From an uncultured bacterium (lineage in GTDB: Bacteria > Acidobacteriota > HRBIN11 > JAKEFK01), in assembly GCA_963777505.1 (NCBI GenBank), contig CAVZQN010000001.1:352001-416000 (forward strand): a DNA stretch of 64,000 nt. Direction: 5' to 3'. The notes under the pieces were generated by a model. That model was not told the DNA's origin. It saw only the letters and a list, made by a program, of their open reading frames with translations, and did no database searches. Every line of letters starts with the position of its first letter. Positions within the stretch are counted from its first letter, which is position 1. Made by a program: the position numbers and the translations under genes. Shown here one piece after another: positions 28,863 through 38,623 of the stretch.

Positions 28863-30801
28863 ATGATTCGGCTAGAAAACGTTTCGATTGTATTTCAGGG
28901 AAAACCACTTTTTTCTGGAGTGAACTGGCAGATTACTGAACGCTCTAGAGTCGGGCTTGTTGGTGTTAATGGTTCGGGCAAATCTACAATCCTGAAAATC
29001 CTTACAGGCTTGCAAGAAATTGAATCTGGCCGCGTAGTTCGCGCAAGAAATTTCACCACAGGATATCTTCCACAAGAATTACAAGGGAGTTCGGATCGTC
29101 CTGTTTTTGAAGAAGCACTCTCAGGATGCGGCTCCGCTCAAAGTCTTCAAAAACGTATCGATCAAGTTGCTGAAACAATGCAAGCAGCAGATCCTGCATC
29201 CGATGATTATTCAGAGCTTGTAATGGAGTACGGACGCTTGCAGCGGCTCTTTGAGGAAGCTGATGGTTTTAGCGCAGAATCCAAAACAGCTCGCGTGCTG
29301 CAAGGTCTCGCTATTCCACAAGAATGGTGGCAGCAACCCATGAATCGTTTAAGCGGTGGATGGCAAATGCGTGTTCATCTTGCCAGACTTATCCTGACAG
29401 CACCTTCGCTTCTGCTGCTGGATGAACCGACCAATCATCTAGATGTCGAATCGATCTTATGGCTTTCATCGTTTATGAAAATGTCCGGAGGCGGTCTTGT
29501 TCTGATTTCACATGATCGCTATTTTCTGGATGAAAACATCAATGAAGTTGTTGAACTATGGGGTAACAAACTTCATTTTTACTCGGGCAATTATTCCTAT
29601 TACAGGCAAGAAAAAGAAAAACGTCTTGAACTCTTGAAACATGCTTATACAAATCAACAAGAAGAGATACAGAGGATCCAATTATTCATCGATCGTTTCC
29701 GTTATAAAGCCACTAAAGCCCGGCAGGTTCAAAGCCGTCTCAACATGCTTGAACGTATTGAACGTATCGTACTTCCTGAAGATACTGCTGCGATTAGACT
29801 TCGCATTCCGGATGCGCCGCGTTCAGGCCGTGTCGTTTTAGAATCAAAGAATCTTGGTCATCATTACGAAGCGAAAGAAGTCTTTCATAATTTGAATTTC
29901 CATCTTGAAAGAAACAGCAAAGTAGCACTTGCAGGCGTAAATGGCGCAGGAAAAACTACACTGTTGAAAATACTTGCTGGTGAGTTGAAGCCAGCTGAAG
30001 GTGAGTTTCAATTGGGACACAATGTGTTTCCTGCATATTATGCGCAGATGGTAACGGACCAACTGGACTTGAAAAACACGGTGCTTGCACGAGGTCGAAC
30101 GAAGCGCAACAAACGAAAATCAAACGACACTCCGTTCAATTCTTGGTTCATTCCTTTTTTCCGGTGATGACGTTTATAAGAAAATTTCGATGCTTTCCGG
30201 AGGAGAAAAAAGCAGAGTCGCACTTGCTAAAATTCTATTGAAACCATCCAACTTATTACTGCTTGATGAACCAACGAACCATCTTGATATGCAATCGAAA
30301 GAAATTTTGCTTCATGCTCTTCAGAATTATCAGGGAGCCATTCTATTTATCTCGCATGATCGTTACTTCATGGATCACCTTGCAGAAAAGATTATTGAAT
30401 TAAAAGACGGTGTTTTGACTGAGTATCTTGGAAATTATTCTGAGTATTTGAAAAAAATCGCCGAAGATGAAGAGCCGGTTGAAACAACTCCTGTTACGCA
30501 ACCCTCCAGCGTATATAAAACAAAAGATCAGAAAAAACAGGAAGCAATCGAACGCCAGGAGCAAGCACGCTGGAAGAAAAAGTATCTAAAACCGATTGAA
30601 GATCTCGAACAACAAATAGTAAAAAATGAGAATCGACTAAGAGATTTGGAAAAGATTCTTGCTGACGAGGCAACGTATCAAGATCAGAATCGATACCTCC
30701 AATTGATCGATGAGTACAAAAAGCTAAAATCTGCAATCGAAAGCTCCTACCTCGAATGGGAACAGCTTCAAGCACAACTGAATCAATCTAAGTCACAATA
30801 A
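28863..30801 (+). CDS. ABC-F family ribosome-associated ATPase; frameshift near 30086
   Basis: Two ABC domains (GVNGSGKS/LSGGW/LDEPTNHLD and GVNGAGKT/LSGGEK/LDEPTNHLD) and a C-terminal coiled coil. The two track ORFs join at GTGCTTGCACGAG. Confidence 0.9.
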
Positions 30802-30812
30802 AACTCCTGGTC

Positions 30813-30906
30813 GTCTCGAGTCGAGACACTCAGTTGCTTCCGAAGTGACCTCACTTCCCTTAAGTTATTGGAAACAAAAGACTGGTCTGAATGGCATTCT
30901 CTTTGC
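30813..30906 (+). promoter_or_regulatory. Putative sigma54 promoter with an upstream palindromic activator site and an IHF-like site
   Basis: GTCTCGA-G-TCGAGAC (30813-30827); TAAGTTATTGGAA (30861-30873), close to the IHF consensus YAANNNNTTGATW; TGGCAT-TCTCT-TTGC (30892-30906, GG-N10-GC). Confidence 0.7.
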
Positions 30907-30928
30907 GTTACAAATTGATTGAAGGAAG

Positions 30929-31177
30929 ATGCAAATGAATTTTTGGACTAAGAGAGTGATTGTTTTCCCGGACATAACGTCTGTTGAAAGTGAAGAATGT
31001 TTGACTGAACCAGGAACTGTTTTTCAACGGGATGTTCGTGCATTTGCCATGCAATTTGAGGCGAAAACAAAAGCAAACCAAAGAGAAACACCAACGTATT
31101 CGCAAAGTTATTTGAATGACCTGATTGTGCGATTTAGAGAACACGCTGTTCCTGCACTGGCTCAATCTGAGGAGTAA
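30929..31177 (+). CDS. Small orphan protein downstream of the sigma54-like promoter
   Basis: 82-aa ORF with GAAGGA upstream; no recognisable motif. Confidence 0.5.
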   Translation: MQMNFWTKRVIVFPDITSVESEECLTEPGTVFQRDVRAFAMQFEAKTKANQRETPTYSQSYLNDLIVRFREHAVPALAQSEE

Positions 31178-31360
31178 GGGAACGTGATTGCAATAGAAAT
31201 ATTAAATGGAACTCCGCGAGTTATGATCCTGCGGAGGTCACGGAGGTTGGGGCTTTCTACCTGGGATGGAAGCCCCCCTCAGTGTCAAGTCATGCGGACT
31301 TATCCTTACCATGAATGTTAGCCTGAACGGGAAGGGCTCAGAAAATGAGCCCAACCCGAA
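31178..31360 (+). ncRNA. Candidate structured RNA (alternatively a 45-aa GTG-start ORF at 31184-31321)
   Basis: Hairpins at 31212-31236, 31243-31280 and 31328-31358; nine GGA trinucleotides in 31171-31332. Confidence 0.3.
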
Positions 31361-31462
31361 CTTATCCCGCATCCAGTATCCGCATCCCGCATCGCGTTCT
31401 ATGCTTGCCAGAAGAAGCCAAACTGGCTATAATTCGTTCTTCTTACAACGAGGTAAATCCCT

Positions 31463-31807
31463 GTGTTACTAACAGTTTTGATCATTATTCATGTCATTGT
31501 TGCATTGTTCCTGATTGGCGTTGTTTTGTTGCAAACAGGAAAGTCTGGAAATATTGCTGATGTTTTTGGCGGCGGTGGGTCGATGGCCGCTTTTGGAGCA
31601 CGTGGTGCAGCAACGGTACTTTCAAGAATCACGTGGGTAGCAGCGGCACTATTCTTAATTACATCTCTATCATTATCCCTTGTTAAAAGTAGTTCATCGT
31701 CCATTATGCAAAATGTGCCGGTTCAGAAAGGCCCTGCAAAGACACCACCGAAACAACCAGCACCCCAGCAGCAAACTCCACCTGCGCAGAAGCCGCCAAA
31801 TCAATAG
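31463..31807 (+). CDS. secG: Preprotein translocase subunit SecG
   Basis: VLLQ.GK.G.....FGGG.S...FG..G..TVL.RIT pattern and two TM helices. Confidence 0.95.
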   Translation: MLLTVLIIIHVIVALFLIGVVLLQTGKSGNIADVFGGGGSMAAFGARGAATVLSRITWVAAALFLITSLSLSLVKSSSSSIMQNVPVQKGPAKTPPKQPAPQQQTPPAQKPPNQ

Positions 31808-31839
31808 TTGGAAATCATTACATTTCATAAAGTTTCTGC

Positions 31840-32811
31840 ATGATTGAATTTGCCGACATTTTAGATGCGGCGAACCGCATTCAGGGATTAGCCCACAAAA
31901 CGCCAGTTTTACATTCACGCCAATTCGATGAACGGGCGGGATGCACAGTCTACTTTAAGGCCGAAAATTTCCAACGTGGGGGAGCCTTTAAGTTTCGCGG
32001 CGCCTGCAACAAAATCCGTGCTGAATTAGAAAAGCGAAAGGTTGAAACTGTCGTAGCATTTTCGTCTGGCAATCACGCTCAGGCTGTTTCATTGAATGCG
32101 AAATTGATTGGCATTTCAGCAGTAATTGTGATGCCCGCAGATGCTCCAAAGGCAAAAGTTGAAGCCACTCGCGGATACGGCGCAGAAGTGATTCTATATG
32201 ATCGCTACAAGGAGAGCCGCGAAGAAATTGGCCGTCGTATTGCGGAAGAACGCAAAGCATTGCTTGTCCCACCTTACGATGATCCACTTGTGATAGCAGG
32301 TCAGGGTACAGCAGCACTTGAATTATTAACCGAAGTTCCAGATTTAGATTATTTATTAACGCCGATGAGTGGAGGCGGATTAATGGCAGGTTCCGCTATC
32401 GCTGCAAAGCACTTGCGGCCAGAAATCCATTTAGTCGGTGTTGAACCTGAAGCAGGAAATGATACGTATTTGTCTTTCCAATCCGGACAGCGTGTCACGA
32501 TTGATGTTCCAAAGACAATTGCAGATGGTCTTCAAACTCCAGCTCCTGGAGAAATAACGTTTCCAATCAACCACAAACTTGTCGATAAAATTTTGCTTGT
32601 CAGCGATGATGAGCTGATCAAGACGATGCTTCTGATGCTGGAAAGAATGAAAGTATTGATTGAGCCCTCAGGAGCGGCAGGTGCTGCAGCCGTTTTACAT
32701 AAGAAGGCTGACTTCTCCGGAAAGCGTGTGGGCGTAATCCTGAGCGGTGGGAATGTTGACCTCGCCAGTGTGAAAAATTATCTTATGAGCTCAAGCGAGA
32801 ATCACGCTTAA
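31840..32811 (+). CDS. PLP-dependent serine/threonine dehydratase family enzyme (threo-3-hydroxyaspartate ammonia-lyase/serine racemase-like)
   Basis: KAENFQRGGAFKFRGA, SSGNHAQ, GQGT, GGGL, TIADG and SGGN. Confidence 0.9.
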   Translation: MIEFADILDAANRIQGLAHKTPVLHSRQFDERAGCTVYFKAENFQRGGAFKFRGACNKIRAELEKRKVETVVAFSSGNHAQAVSLNAKLIGISAVIVMPADAPKAKVEATRGYGAEVILYDRYKESREEIGRRIAEERKALLVPPYDDPLVIAGQGTAALELLTEVPDLDYLLTPMSGGGLMAGSAIAAKHLRPEIHLVGVEPEAGNDTYLSFQSGQRVTIDVPKTIADGLQTPAPGEITFPINHKLVDKILLVSDDELIKTMLLMLERMKVLIEPSGAAGAAAVLHKKADFSGKRVGVILSGGNVDLASVKNYLMSSSENHA

Positions 32812-32850
32812 CACAGGAAAGGTCCCTTTGACATATAATTGAATTTCAAC

Positions 32851-33486
32851 ATGGAATCATCGGAAGAAACAGAAAAATACGAAGTCACGTGCTACACATG
32901 CAAAGCACGATTTAATGCAATCGATTCAGTTTGGTGCAATTGTCTCATCGGAGAACGATCGCTCGTTTGTCCGAGTTGTTTAAACTGCTTCTGCAAGTCG
33001 AACACTTCATATAAGGAAAGATTCTGGGCAAGCGCGCCCCAAGAATTGTGGGATCGCAAACTCGAAGAACATCGTAGAGATTTTGATAAACCGAATCCGA
33101 ATCCTGAAGCCGTAACCCGCCCTCTCGTTCTTGTTGTCGATGACGAAAGAGAAATTCAGAAAGTAGCTATCAGAGACATAGAAGGTCTTGGTTATGGGGT
33201 GATTCTTGCGCATGATGGGATTGAAGGTTTTGAGCTTGCAAAAAAATACAAACCAGACCTCGTGCTTTCAGACGCCTTGATGCCAAAAATGGATGGCCGC
33301 GAAATGTGCCGGCGCATAAAAGCTGATCCTGAGACCTCCAAGATCAAGGTTGTGATCATGACTTCGCTATATACACAGTCAAAGTTCAAGACTGAAGCGT
33401 TCAGAGAATTTCGTGTTGATGATTACTTAGCAAAGCCGTTGGATTTCAATCAACTCCGTACTGTCCTGCAAAAACACCTCGGTTAA
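32851..33486 (+). CDS. Response regulator with an N-terminal 8-Cys domain
   Basis: CYTC-WCNC-CPSC-NCFC followed by a receiver domain (LVVDD, LSDALMP.MDG, KP). Confidence 0.85.
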   Translation: MESSEETEKYEVTCYTCKARFNAIDSVWCNCLIGERSLVCPSCLNCFCKSNTSYKERFWASAPQELWDRKLEEHRRDFDKPNPNPEAVTRPLVLVVDDEREIQKVAIRDIEGLGYGVILAHDGIEGFELAKKYKPDLVLSDALMPKMDGREMCRRIKADPETSKIKVVIMTSLYTQSKFKTEAFREFRVDDYLAKPLDFNQLRTVLQKHLG

Positions 33487-33655
33487 TCTCAGCTTACTCT
33501 GCGGTTAAAAACCTCGCGCAAAGACGCCAAGCCGCAAAGAATTTCGTTTAACTAAATTCACCACTCCTTTAATTGTAGCAGGCAAGGATGCCTGCGGCCC
33601 GTAATGCGGGCAGGATGCCCGCGCTCCGAAATTACTCGGCGTACTCGGCGTTAAA
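33487..33655. repeat. Mixed REP-like cluster (families A and B)
   Basis: CGCAAAGACGCCAAGCCGCAAAG, GCAGGCAAGGATGCCTGCGGCCC, GCGGGCAGGATGCCCGCGCTCCG and ACTCGGCGTACTCGGCGTT. Confidence 0.75.
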
Positions 33656-33675
33656 AAAACCCTATATTGGTTTGC

Positions 33676-34251
33676 ATGAGTTCTGGAAAACGTGAAATTC
33701 TATGGCAGCCCAAACAAGAATCTGGACTTGAACACCTTGTCCTATCGTGGAGTGACACGGGAGTCGAGGCCGATGGATTCGTTCTTGGAATTCACAAAGG
33801 ACAGCCATTCAGATGCCAGTATCGCATCGACCTGGATACCGCCTGGAAAGTTAGTTTAGTTTCAGTAAATGTGTGGAATCCAGATCTGCACGAGCTAATA
33901 CTGAAATCGGATGGAAAAGGCAATTGGTCCGATCCGAAAGGATTAAGTATTCCGGAACTCGACGGCTGTATCGATACAGACATCGCAGTTACGCCTTTCA
34001 CAAACACAATTCCCATCAGAAGACTTCAACTTCAAAAAGGTCAGTCAACTGAATTGCTCGTAGCCTACATTAACGTTCCTGAATTGAAATTAAGCGCAAC
34101 AAAACAGCGATATACGTGTCTGGAACAAACGCCAACAGAAGCTTTATACCGGTATGAGGGTCTCGCTACTGGCTTTCAAGCTGAGGTACGTGTGGATGAG
34201 ATGGGGTTGGTCATTGATTACGGAAAGATCTGGAAACGGGTTTATCCGTAA
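33676..34251 (+). CDS. Putative glycolipid-binding domain protein (DUF1089-like)
   Basis: LEH, GC.D.DI..TPFTNT.PIRRL, QRYT and VD..GLV.DY. Confidence 0.85.
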   Translation: MSSGKREILWQPKQESGLEHLVLSWSDTGVEADGFVLGIHKGQPFRCQYRIDLDTAWKVSLVSVNVWNPDLHELILKSDGKGNWSDPKGLSIPELDGCIDTDIAVTPFTNTIPIRRLQLQKGQSTELLVAYINVPELKLSATKQRYTCLEQTPTEALYRYEGLATGFQAEVRVDEMGLVIDYGKIWKRVYP

Positions 34252-34260
34252 GCTTTTATT

Positions 34261-34341
34261 TAGCAGGCTGGAAGCCTGCAGCCCTTAATGCGGACAAGGA
34301 TGTCCGCGCTCCGTATGCGGTCCCTTGATGTACGCGCTCCG
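34261..34341. repeat. REP-like cluster, family A
   Basis: GCAGGCTGGAAGCCTGC and GCGGACAAGGATGTCCGCGCTCCG, between convergent genes. Confidence 0.75.
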
Positions 34342-34344
34342 TAC

Positions 34345-35973
34345 TTAAGCGGCGATGATGCGTTTACGTCCCGCAGCTTTCGCTGCATACAATGCTTTAT
34401 CAGCCGCTTCAATCCACTGAGGAAGAGTCATGCGACGTTTGAGGACGGCGATTCCAGCGCTAAAAGTTACATGGAAGAGTTTATTGTCCGGCGCGTGGTG
34501 ATCAATCGCAGAAAATTCTTCTAATAATCGATTCATCAATCGGACTGCCTCATCCTTTTTCAAATCATCAATTAAGATTGCAAACTCTTCTCCTCCATAA
34601 CGTCCGATTGTATCCGTCTGACGCAGCCTGCGGCGCAAAAGAGAAGACAAAGAAACAAGAACTCGATCGCCAACGATGTGTCCATATGTATCATTGACGG
34701 TTTTAAAATTATCGAGGTCGATCAAAACTAACACGGAAGTCCGATTGAGCCTTCTGCTTTTTTGTCCGACAACTGCGCGCGCTCGTTCCAAAAACGCAGT
34801 ATGAGTTAAAAGTTTCGTCAGTCCGTCGCGATCGAGAAGACTTTTTAGAAATCGGGATCGCTCAATTCTTGCGGCAACAGTCGAAAGTAAAAGTCCGGGA
34901 GCAACAGGCTTTACAAGGTGATCATCTCCACCTGCACGCACAGTTTCGATTCGATCCTGCATTTGTCCTTGCATGCTGAGAAACAAAACAGGCAATGTTG
35001 TGTATTGCTCGTGCTGCCGGAGATATCTTGCCAGATCGATCCCTGTAATATCAGGAAGAACAATATCCATAATTACAAGATCCGGACGGAACGAAATTAG
35101 ATGCGCTTCAAACAACCGTGGATCGTTGCAAATTCGAACTTCGTATCCGGCAGATTGAAGCACTGCACGCAAGAATGCAGCCTGATCATGATCATCTTCT
35201 ACAGAAAGAATTCTTGGCGGGTCGGAACGTTCACGCATCAAAAGATAGCGTAATCTTTGAATCAGCACTTCCCATTCAACAGGCTTTTCAAAAAATCCAT
35301 CTGAGCCGCAACTGATCGATTCTACTTTGTCATGAAATCCGGAGAGTGTGCTGATGACAAGAATTGAAGGCTCATCACCATCCGGAAGATTGCGGACATA
35401 TTTAACAAACTCATAGCCCGATCCATCTCCTAAAATGACATCAATGATCATGCCATCAGGCATAGCATCAGCGACAGCTTTTTCTGCATCCGTTTTACTA
35501 TGCGCAACACGGACAACCATTCCCTCTTCTTGCAACAGAATGGAAAGTGATCGGCAAATATCACGATCATCATCGACAATCAAAATATTAAAAGGATGCA
35601 GAATTCTTTTATGAGGTTCGTCCCTTTTGCCTAAAGCGCTGTCATCAATACTTCCCTTTTCAAATTCTTTACGCAGATCTTCGGAAAATCCACGCCACCG
35701 ATTTAAGTGATCCAGTGTTGGGGAAAGTTTTTCGCGCAGCAGGCCATCACATTCTTGTTCGCCCCAGAGACCAATTTCAGTAACTTGAGCGAAACCATAT
35801 GTTCTGCCTGAGCCGCCAAGACCATGAAAAAAGCGTCTCAGTTCTTTCAGCGCGACTTCATCGGCAGGTTGGATTTCTAATACATCAAGAGTTCGATTAA
35901 TACTAGCCAGTCGATCTGAAGAACCACGAATGTATTGTTCACGAAGCTCTTTAAGCGTTTCATCCCAGGACAT
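34345..35973 (-). CDS. Hpt-REC-REC-GGDEF diguanylate cyclase
   Basis: FHGLGGSG.TYG (Hpt His), two receiver domains, DGLT, RQTD I-site and RYGGEEF. Confidence 0.92.
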   Translation of the reverse strand: MSWDETLKELREQYIRGSSDRLASINRTLDVLEIQPADEVALKELRRFFHGLGGSGRTYGFAQVTEIGLWGEQECDGLLREKLSPTLDHLNRWRGFSEDLRKEFEKGSIDDSALGKRDEPHKRILHPFNILIVDDDRDICRSLSILLQEEGMVVRVAHSKTDAEKAVADAMPDGMIIDVILGDGSGYEFVKYVRNLPDGDEPSILVISTLSGFHDKVESISCGSDGFFEKPVEWEVLIQRLRYLLMRERSDPPRILSVEDDHDQAAFLRAVLQSAGYEVRICNDPRLFEAHLISFRPDLVIMDIVLPDITGIDLARYLRQHEQYTTLPVLFLSMQGQMQDRIETVRAGGDDHLVKPVAPGLLLSTVAARIERSRFLKSLLDRDGLTKLLTHTAFLERARAVVGQKSRRLNRTSVLVLIDLDNFKTVNDTYGHIVGDRVLVSLSSLLRRRLRQTDTIGRYGGEEFAILIDDLKKDEAVRLMNRLLEEFSAIDHHAPDNKLFHVTFSAGIAVLKRRMTLPQWIEAADKALYAAKAAGRKRIIAA

Positions 35974-35976
35974 TGA

Positions 35977-36345
35977 TCATCTGCCTTTGAGAACCGCTTC
36001 CACCTCATCAGCAAGCGTGATCGGATCAAATGGCTTATTCAAAACACCGGCTGCACCAAAACTCTTGAGTTTATTTAATTCGGATGGGCTTGATTGTGCA
36101 GTCAAAAAAATCACCGGGATTGTGGATGTTCCCGGGTTCTTACGCAATTCTACAAGTGTTGCAGGGCCATCTAAACCAGGCATCAATACATCCATCAAAA
36201 TTGCATCTGGCTTTTCTTCAGCCGCGATCCGTACGCCCTCAGTTCCATTTTCAGCCTCAATCACTTTCATGCTTCCAACCTGACTTAAGGCAAAACGTGC
36301 GATTTGACGAATATCTTCCTCGTCATCAACAATCAAAATCTTCAT
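35977..36345 (-). CDS. Single-domain response regulator
   Basis: ILIVDD, LMDVLMP.LDG, FLTA and KPFD. Confidence 0.93.
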   Translation of the reverse strand: MKILIVDDEEDIRQIARFALSQVGSMKVIEAENGTEGVRIAAEEKPDAILMDVLMPGLDGPATLVELRKNPGTSTIPVIFLTAQSSPSELNKLKSFGAAGVLNKPFDPITLADEVEAVLKGR

Positions 36346-36391
36346 CTTCTAACCTACTTCCCTGAAAGGCACAAAGTATTATAACGAAAAA

Positions 36392-37150
36392 TCATAAGTT
36401 TTCTCTGACCTTGATGCCTCTTTTTTTCAATTCACGCCTCACTGCGGATTTCACATCTTCTCTTAAATAAGGAGCATTGTTCATCTTTAATAAGTCAGGT
36501 GGAGAAAGAGTGGGAATCATATCCATCACCATTGCGGCAGGTGTTCTTGGATTCATAAGAACGGCCGCACGGATCGGCTCATGATTCATCCATGCTCGAT
36601 TTCCCGCGATCATTAAAAGATTTTGCATTGGAACACCTGCGTTGCGAACCATAAACGCAATTTCCTGCTCAGTAATTCGGACATTTCGAAGCAGGAATTC
36701 ATTCACCTTGGAATTATTTTCCTGCATTAGAATTCGGCGTTCCATTAGATCCGCTTTCATTGCAAGTGTCACCCGTTCAGAAACTGTTAACGCGCGGATC
36801 TTTTCGAATTGAGATTTAGCAACCTCGGGTTGCGAACCTATATCCATTTCGGCGGACTCTTCTTGAACTGGTTGCAACGTTACGCCTTTTTCAGCAGTTT
36901 TTTCAGGTGGTTTCAGAGTAAGAAAAACAGTACTTTTTTCACCTTTTGGAACGACCTTAACAGGCTTAATTTTCCTTGTACGCGGACTTCCTAAAACTCG
37001 CGCGCGGAAAACAGCGCCATACTGAACTGAGGAATCCGGAATGTCGAAGCTGCCTTTGCGGTCTGCTTCATCGAAAAATGATTCAAATTCGTCGAGGCTT
37101 TCAAACTCGAGAATAACTTCCTTAACCGACTCCCCCGGAAGCACATGCAT
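36392..37150 (-). CDS. Conserved hypothetical protein with a helical-repeat C-terminus
   Basis: L.N.RIT..EI...N......I.....W...L.NP.TP pattern. Start moved to MHVLP to avoid overlapping thiC. Confidence 0.7.
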   Translation of the reverse strand: MHVLPGESVKEVILEFESLDEFESFFDEADRKGSFDIPDSSVQYGAVFRARVLGSPRTRKIKPVKVVPKGEKSTVFLTLKPPEKTAEKGVTLQPVQEESAEMDIGSQPEVAKSQFEKIRALTVSERVTLAMKADLMERRILMQENNSKVNEFLLRNVRITEQEIAFMVRNAGVPMQNLLMIAGNRAWMNHEPIRAAVLMNPRTPAAMVMDMIPTLSPPDLLKMNNAPYLREDVKSAVRRELKKRGIKVRENL

Positions 37151-37214
37151 GGATATATGATACCCGATCTTGAAAGGCGTTTCACGTTGTGAAACGCCGT
37201 TCCATCTCGTGAAA

Positions 37215-38525
37215 CTAGCTTGTAATGCTGCCGATTTGCAGCATTTCGTTTCTGCTCGTTTGACGGATGGTTGCATTATCGATATTCACGGCGCAAAGAG
37301 TTCCGCACATTGTACAAACTGCGGAATCATAATCCTCGCTTTCCTTGCGCATTTGACGTGCTTTTTCGCCGTACAAACCAAGGCGATACATTCCTTCCCA
37401 ATCGAGTAATTTTCTTGCGCGAGACATTTCAAAATTTCGCTCACGCGCGCCTTTTACACCTTTAGTCACATCACCGCAGGCAGCTCCAATTTTGAATGCG
37501 ATAATTCCATCGCGCACATCATCAACAGTTGGTAAACGCAAATGTTCAGCCGGTGTGACATAGCAAAGCATATCTGCACCTGCAGACGCTGCGACCGCGC
37601 CGCCGATTGCACCAACAATGTGATCGTAGCCTGCACCAATATCAATTGGCAATGGTCCCAGCACATAAAATGGAGCATTGTTACAGAGCCGCTTTTCAAT
37701 TTGCATGTTGTATGCAATTTGATCCAGCGGCACATGTCCCGGACCTTCAATCATGGCTTGCACACCAGCTTCATGTGCGCGTCTTTGCAATTGACCGATG
37801 ATGATCAACTCCTGCAATTGGGGCCGGTCTGTTGCATCTTCAATTGCGCCAGGACGTAAACCATCTCCAAGGCTGAGTGTCATATCGTACTTTTTGCAAA
37901 TCCCTAACAATCGATCAAATTGCTCGTAAAGTGGATTTTCAGCATTGTTGTAACGGATCCAATGCGCATGAATCGATCCGCCGCGGCTAACAATTCCTTC
38001 AACCCGCGGAGAGTCTTCCAGACGCGATACAGATTCTCGCGTTACACCACAATGAACCGTGACGTAGTCGACTCCCTGCTCACCCTGCTTTTCAATTTCA
38101 TTAAACAATTCATCAGGAGTCCACTTAATAATGCTGTTGCCACGTGCAACGGCATAAATCGGAACGGTGCCGAGCATCAACGGCGAATTTTGAACCATCT
38201 TAACTCTCATCTGATCAAGATTGTCGCCTGTACTCAAATCCATAACTGCATCGGCAAGATATTCCACGCAAACCTCAAGCTTATGCAGCTCTTCATCTTC
38301 ATTCTGATGATCCGATGAATGTCCGATATTTGCGTTCACCTTAGTTGATAACCCTTTGCCAATACCACGAGGACGAAAGTTGTGATGAATGTTTTTAGGG
38401 ATGACAATTTCGCCGAGCGCAACGCCCTGACGTATGATTTCAGGATCTAAATGTTCATCTTCGGCAACCATCTTCATTTCTTCGGTAATGGTGCCTTCTT
38501 TTGCAAAAATTAATTGAGTCGACAT
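37215..38525 (-). CDS. thiC: Phosphomethylpyrimidine synthase ThiC (short form)
   Basis: KVNANIG, MDLSTG, GTVPIY, VSRGGS, SLGDGLRPG, MIEGPGH, GYDH, CYVTP.EHL and CTMCG..C. Confidence 0.9.
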   Translation of the reverse strand: MSTQLIFAKEGTITEEMKMVAEDEHLDPEIIRQGVALGEIVIPKNIHHNFRPRGIGKGLSTKVNANIGHSSDHQNEDEELHKLEVCVEYLADAVMDLSTGDNLDQMRVKMVQNSPLMLGTVPIYAVARGNSIIKWTPDELFNEIEKQGEQGVDYVTVHCGVTRESVSRLEDSPRVEGIVSRGGSIHAHWIRYNNAENPLYEQFDRLLGICKKYDMTLSLGDGLRPGAIEDATDRPQLQELIIIGQLQRRAHEAGVQAMIEGPGHVPLDQIAYNMQIEKRLCNNAPFYVLGPLPIDIGAGYDHIVGAIGGAVAASAGADMLCYVTPAEHLRLPTVDDVRDGIIAFKIGAACGDVTKGVKGARERNFEMSRARKLLDWEGMYRLGLYGEKARQMRKESEDYDSAVCTMCGTLCAVNIDNATIRQTSRNEMLQIGSITS

Positions 38526-38614
38526 GGAACCACCTCACATCAGAATTCAGAACCTGAATTAATCTTAACCAGAAAACCGCAAAGAAACAAAGATTGGTTG
38601 AAAACCCAGCAGAC

Positions 38615-38623
38615 TTATCCACA
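38615..38623 (+). promoter_or_regulatory. Single perfect DnaA box in the divergent thiC / FHA-PrsW intergenic region
   Basis: TTATCCACA. Confidence 0.35.

Noticed and set aside
30080-30095. Programmed frameshift in the ABC-F gene (and the other split genes)
   Set aside because: No slippery heptamer or stimulatory structure is visible, and the same duplicated-base pattern recurs in unrelated genes.
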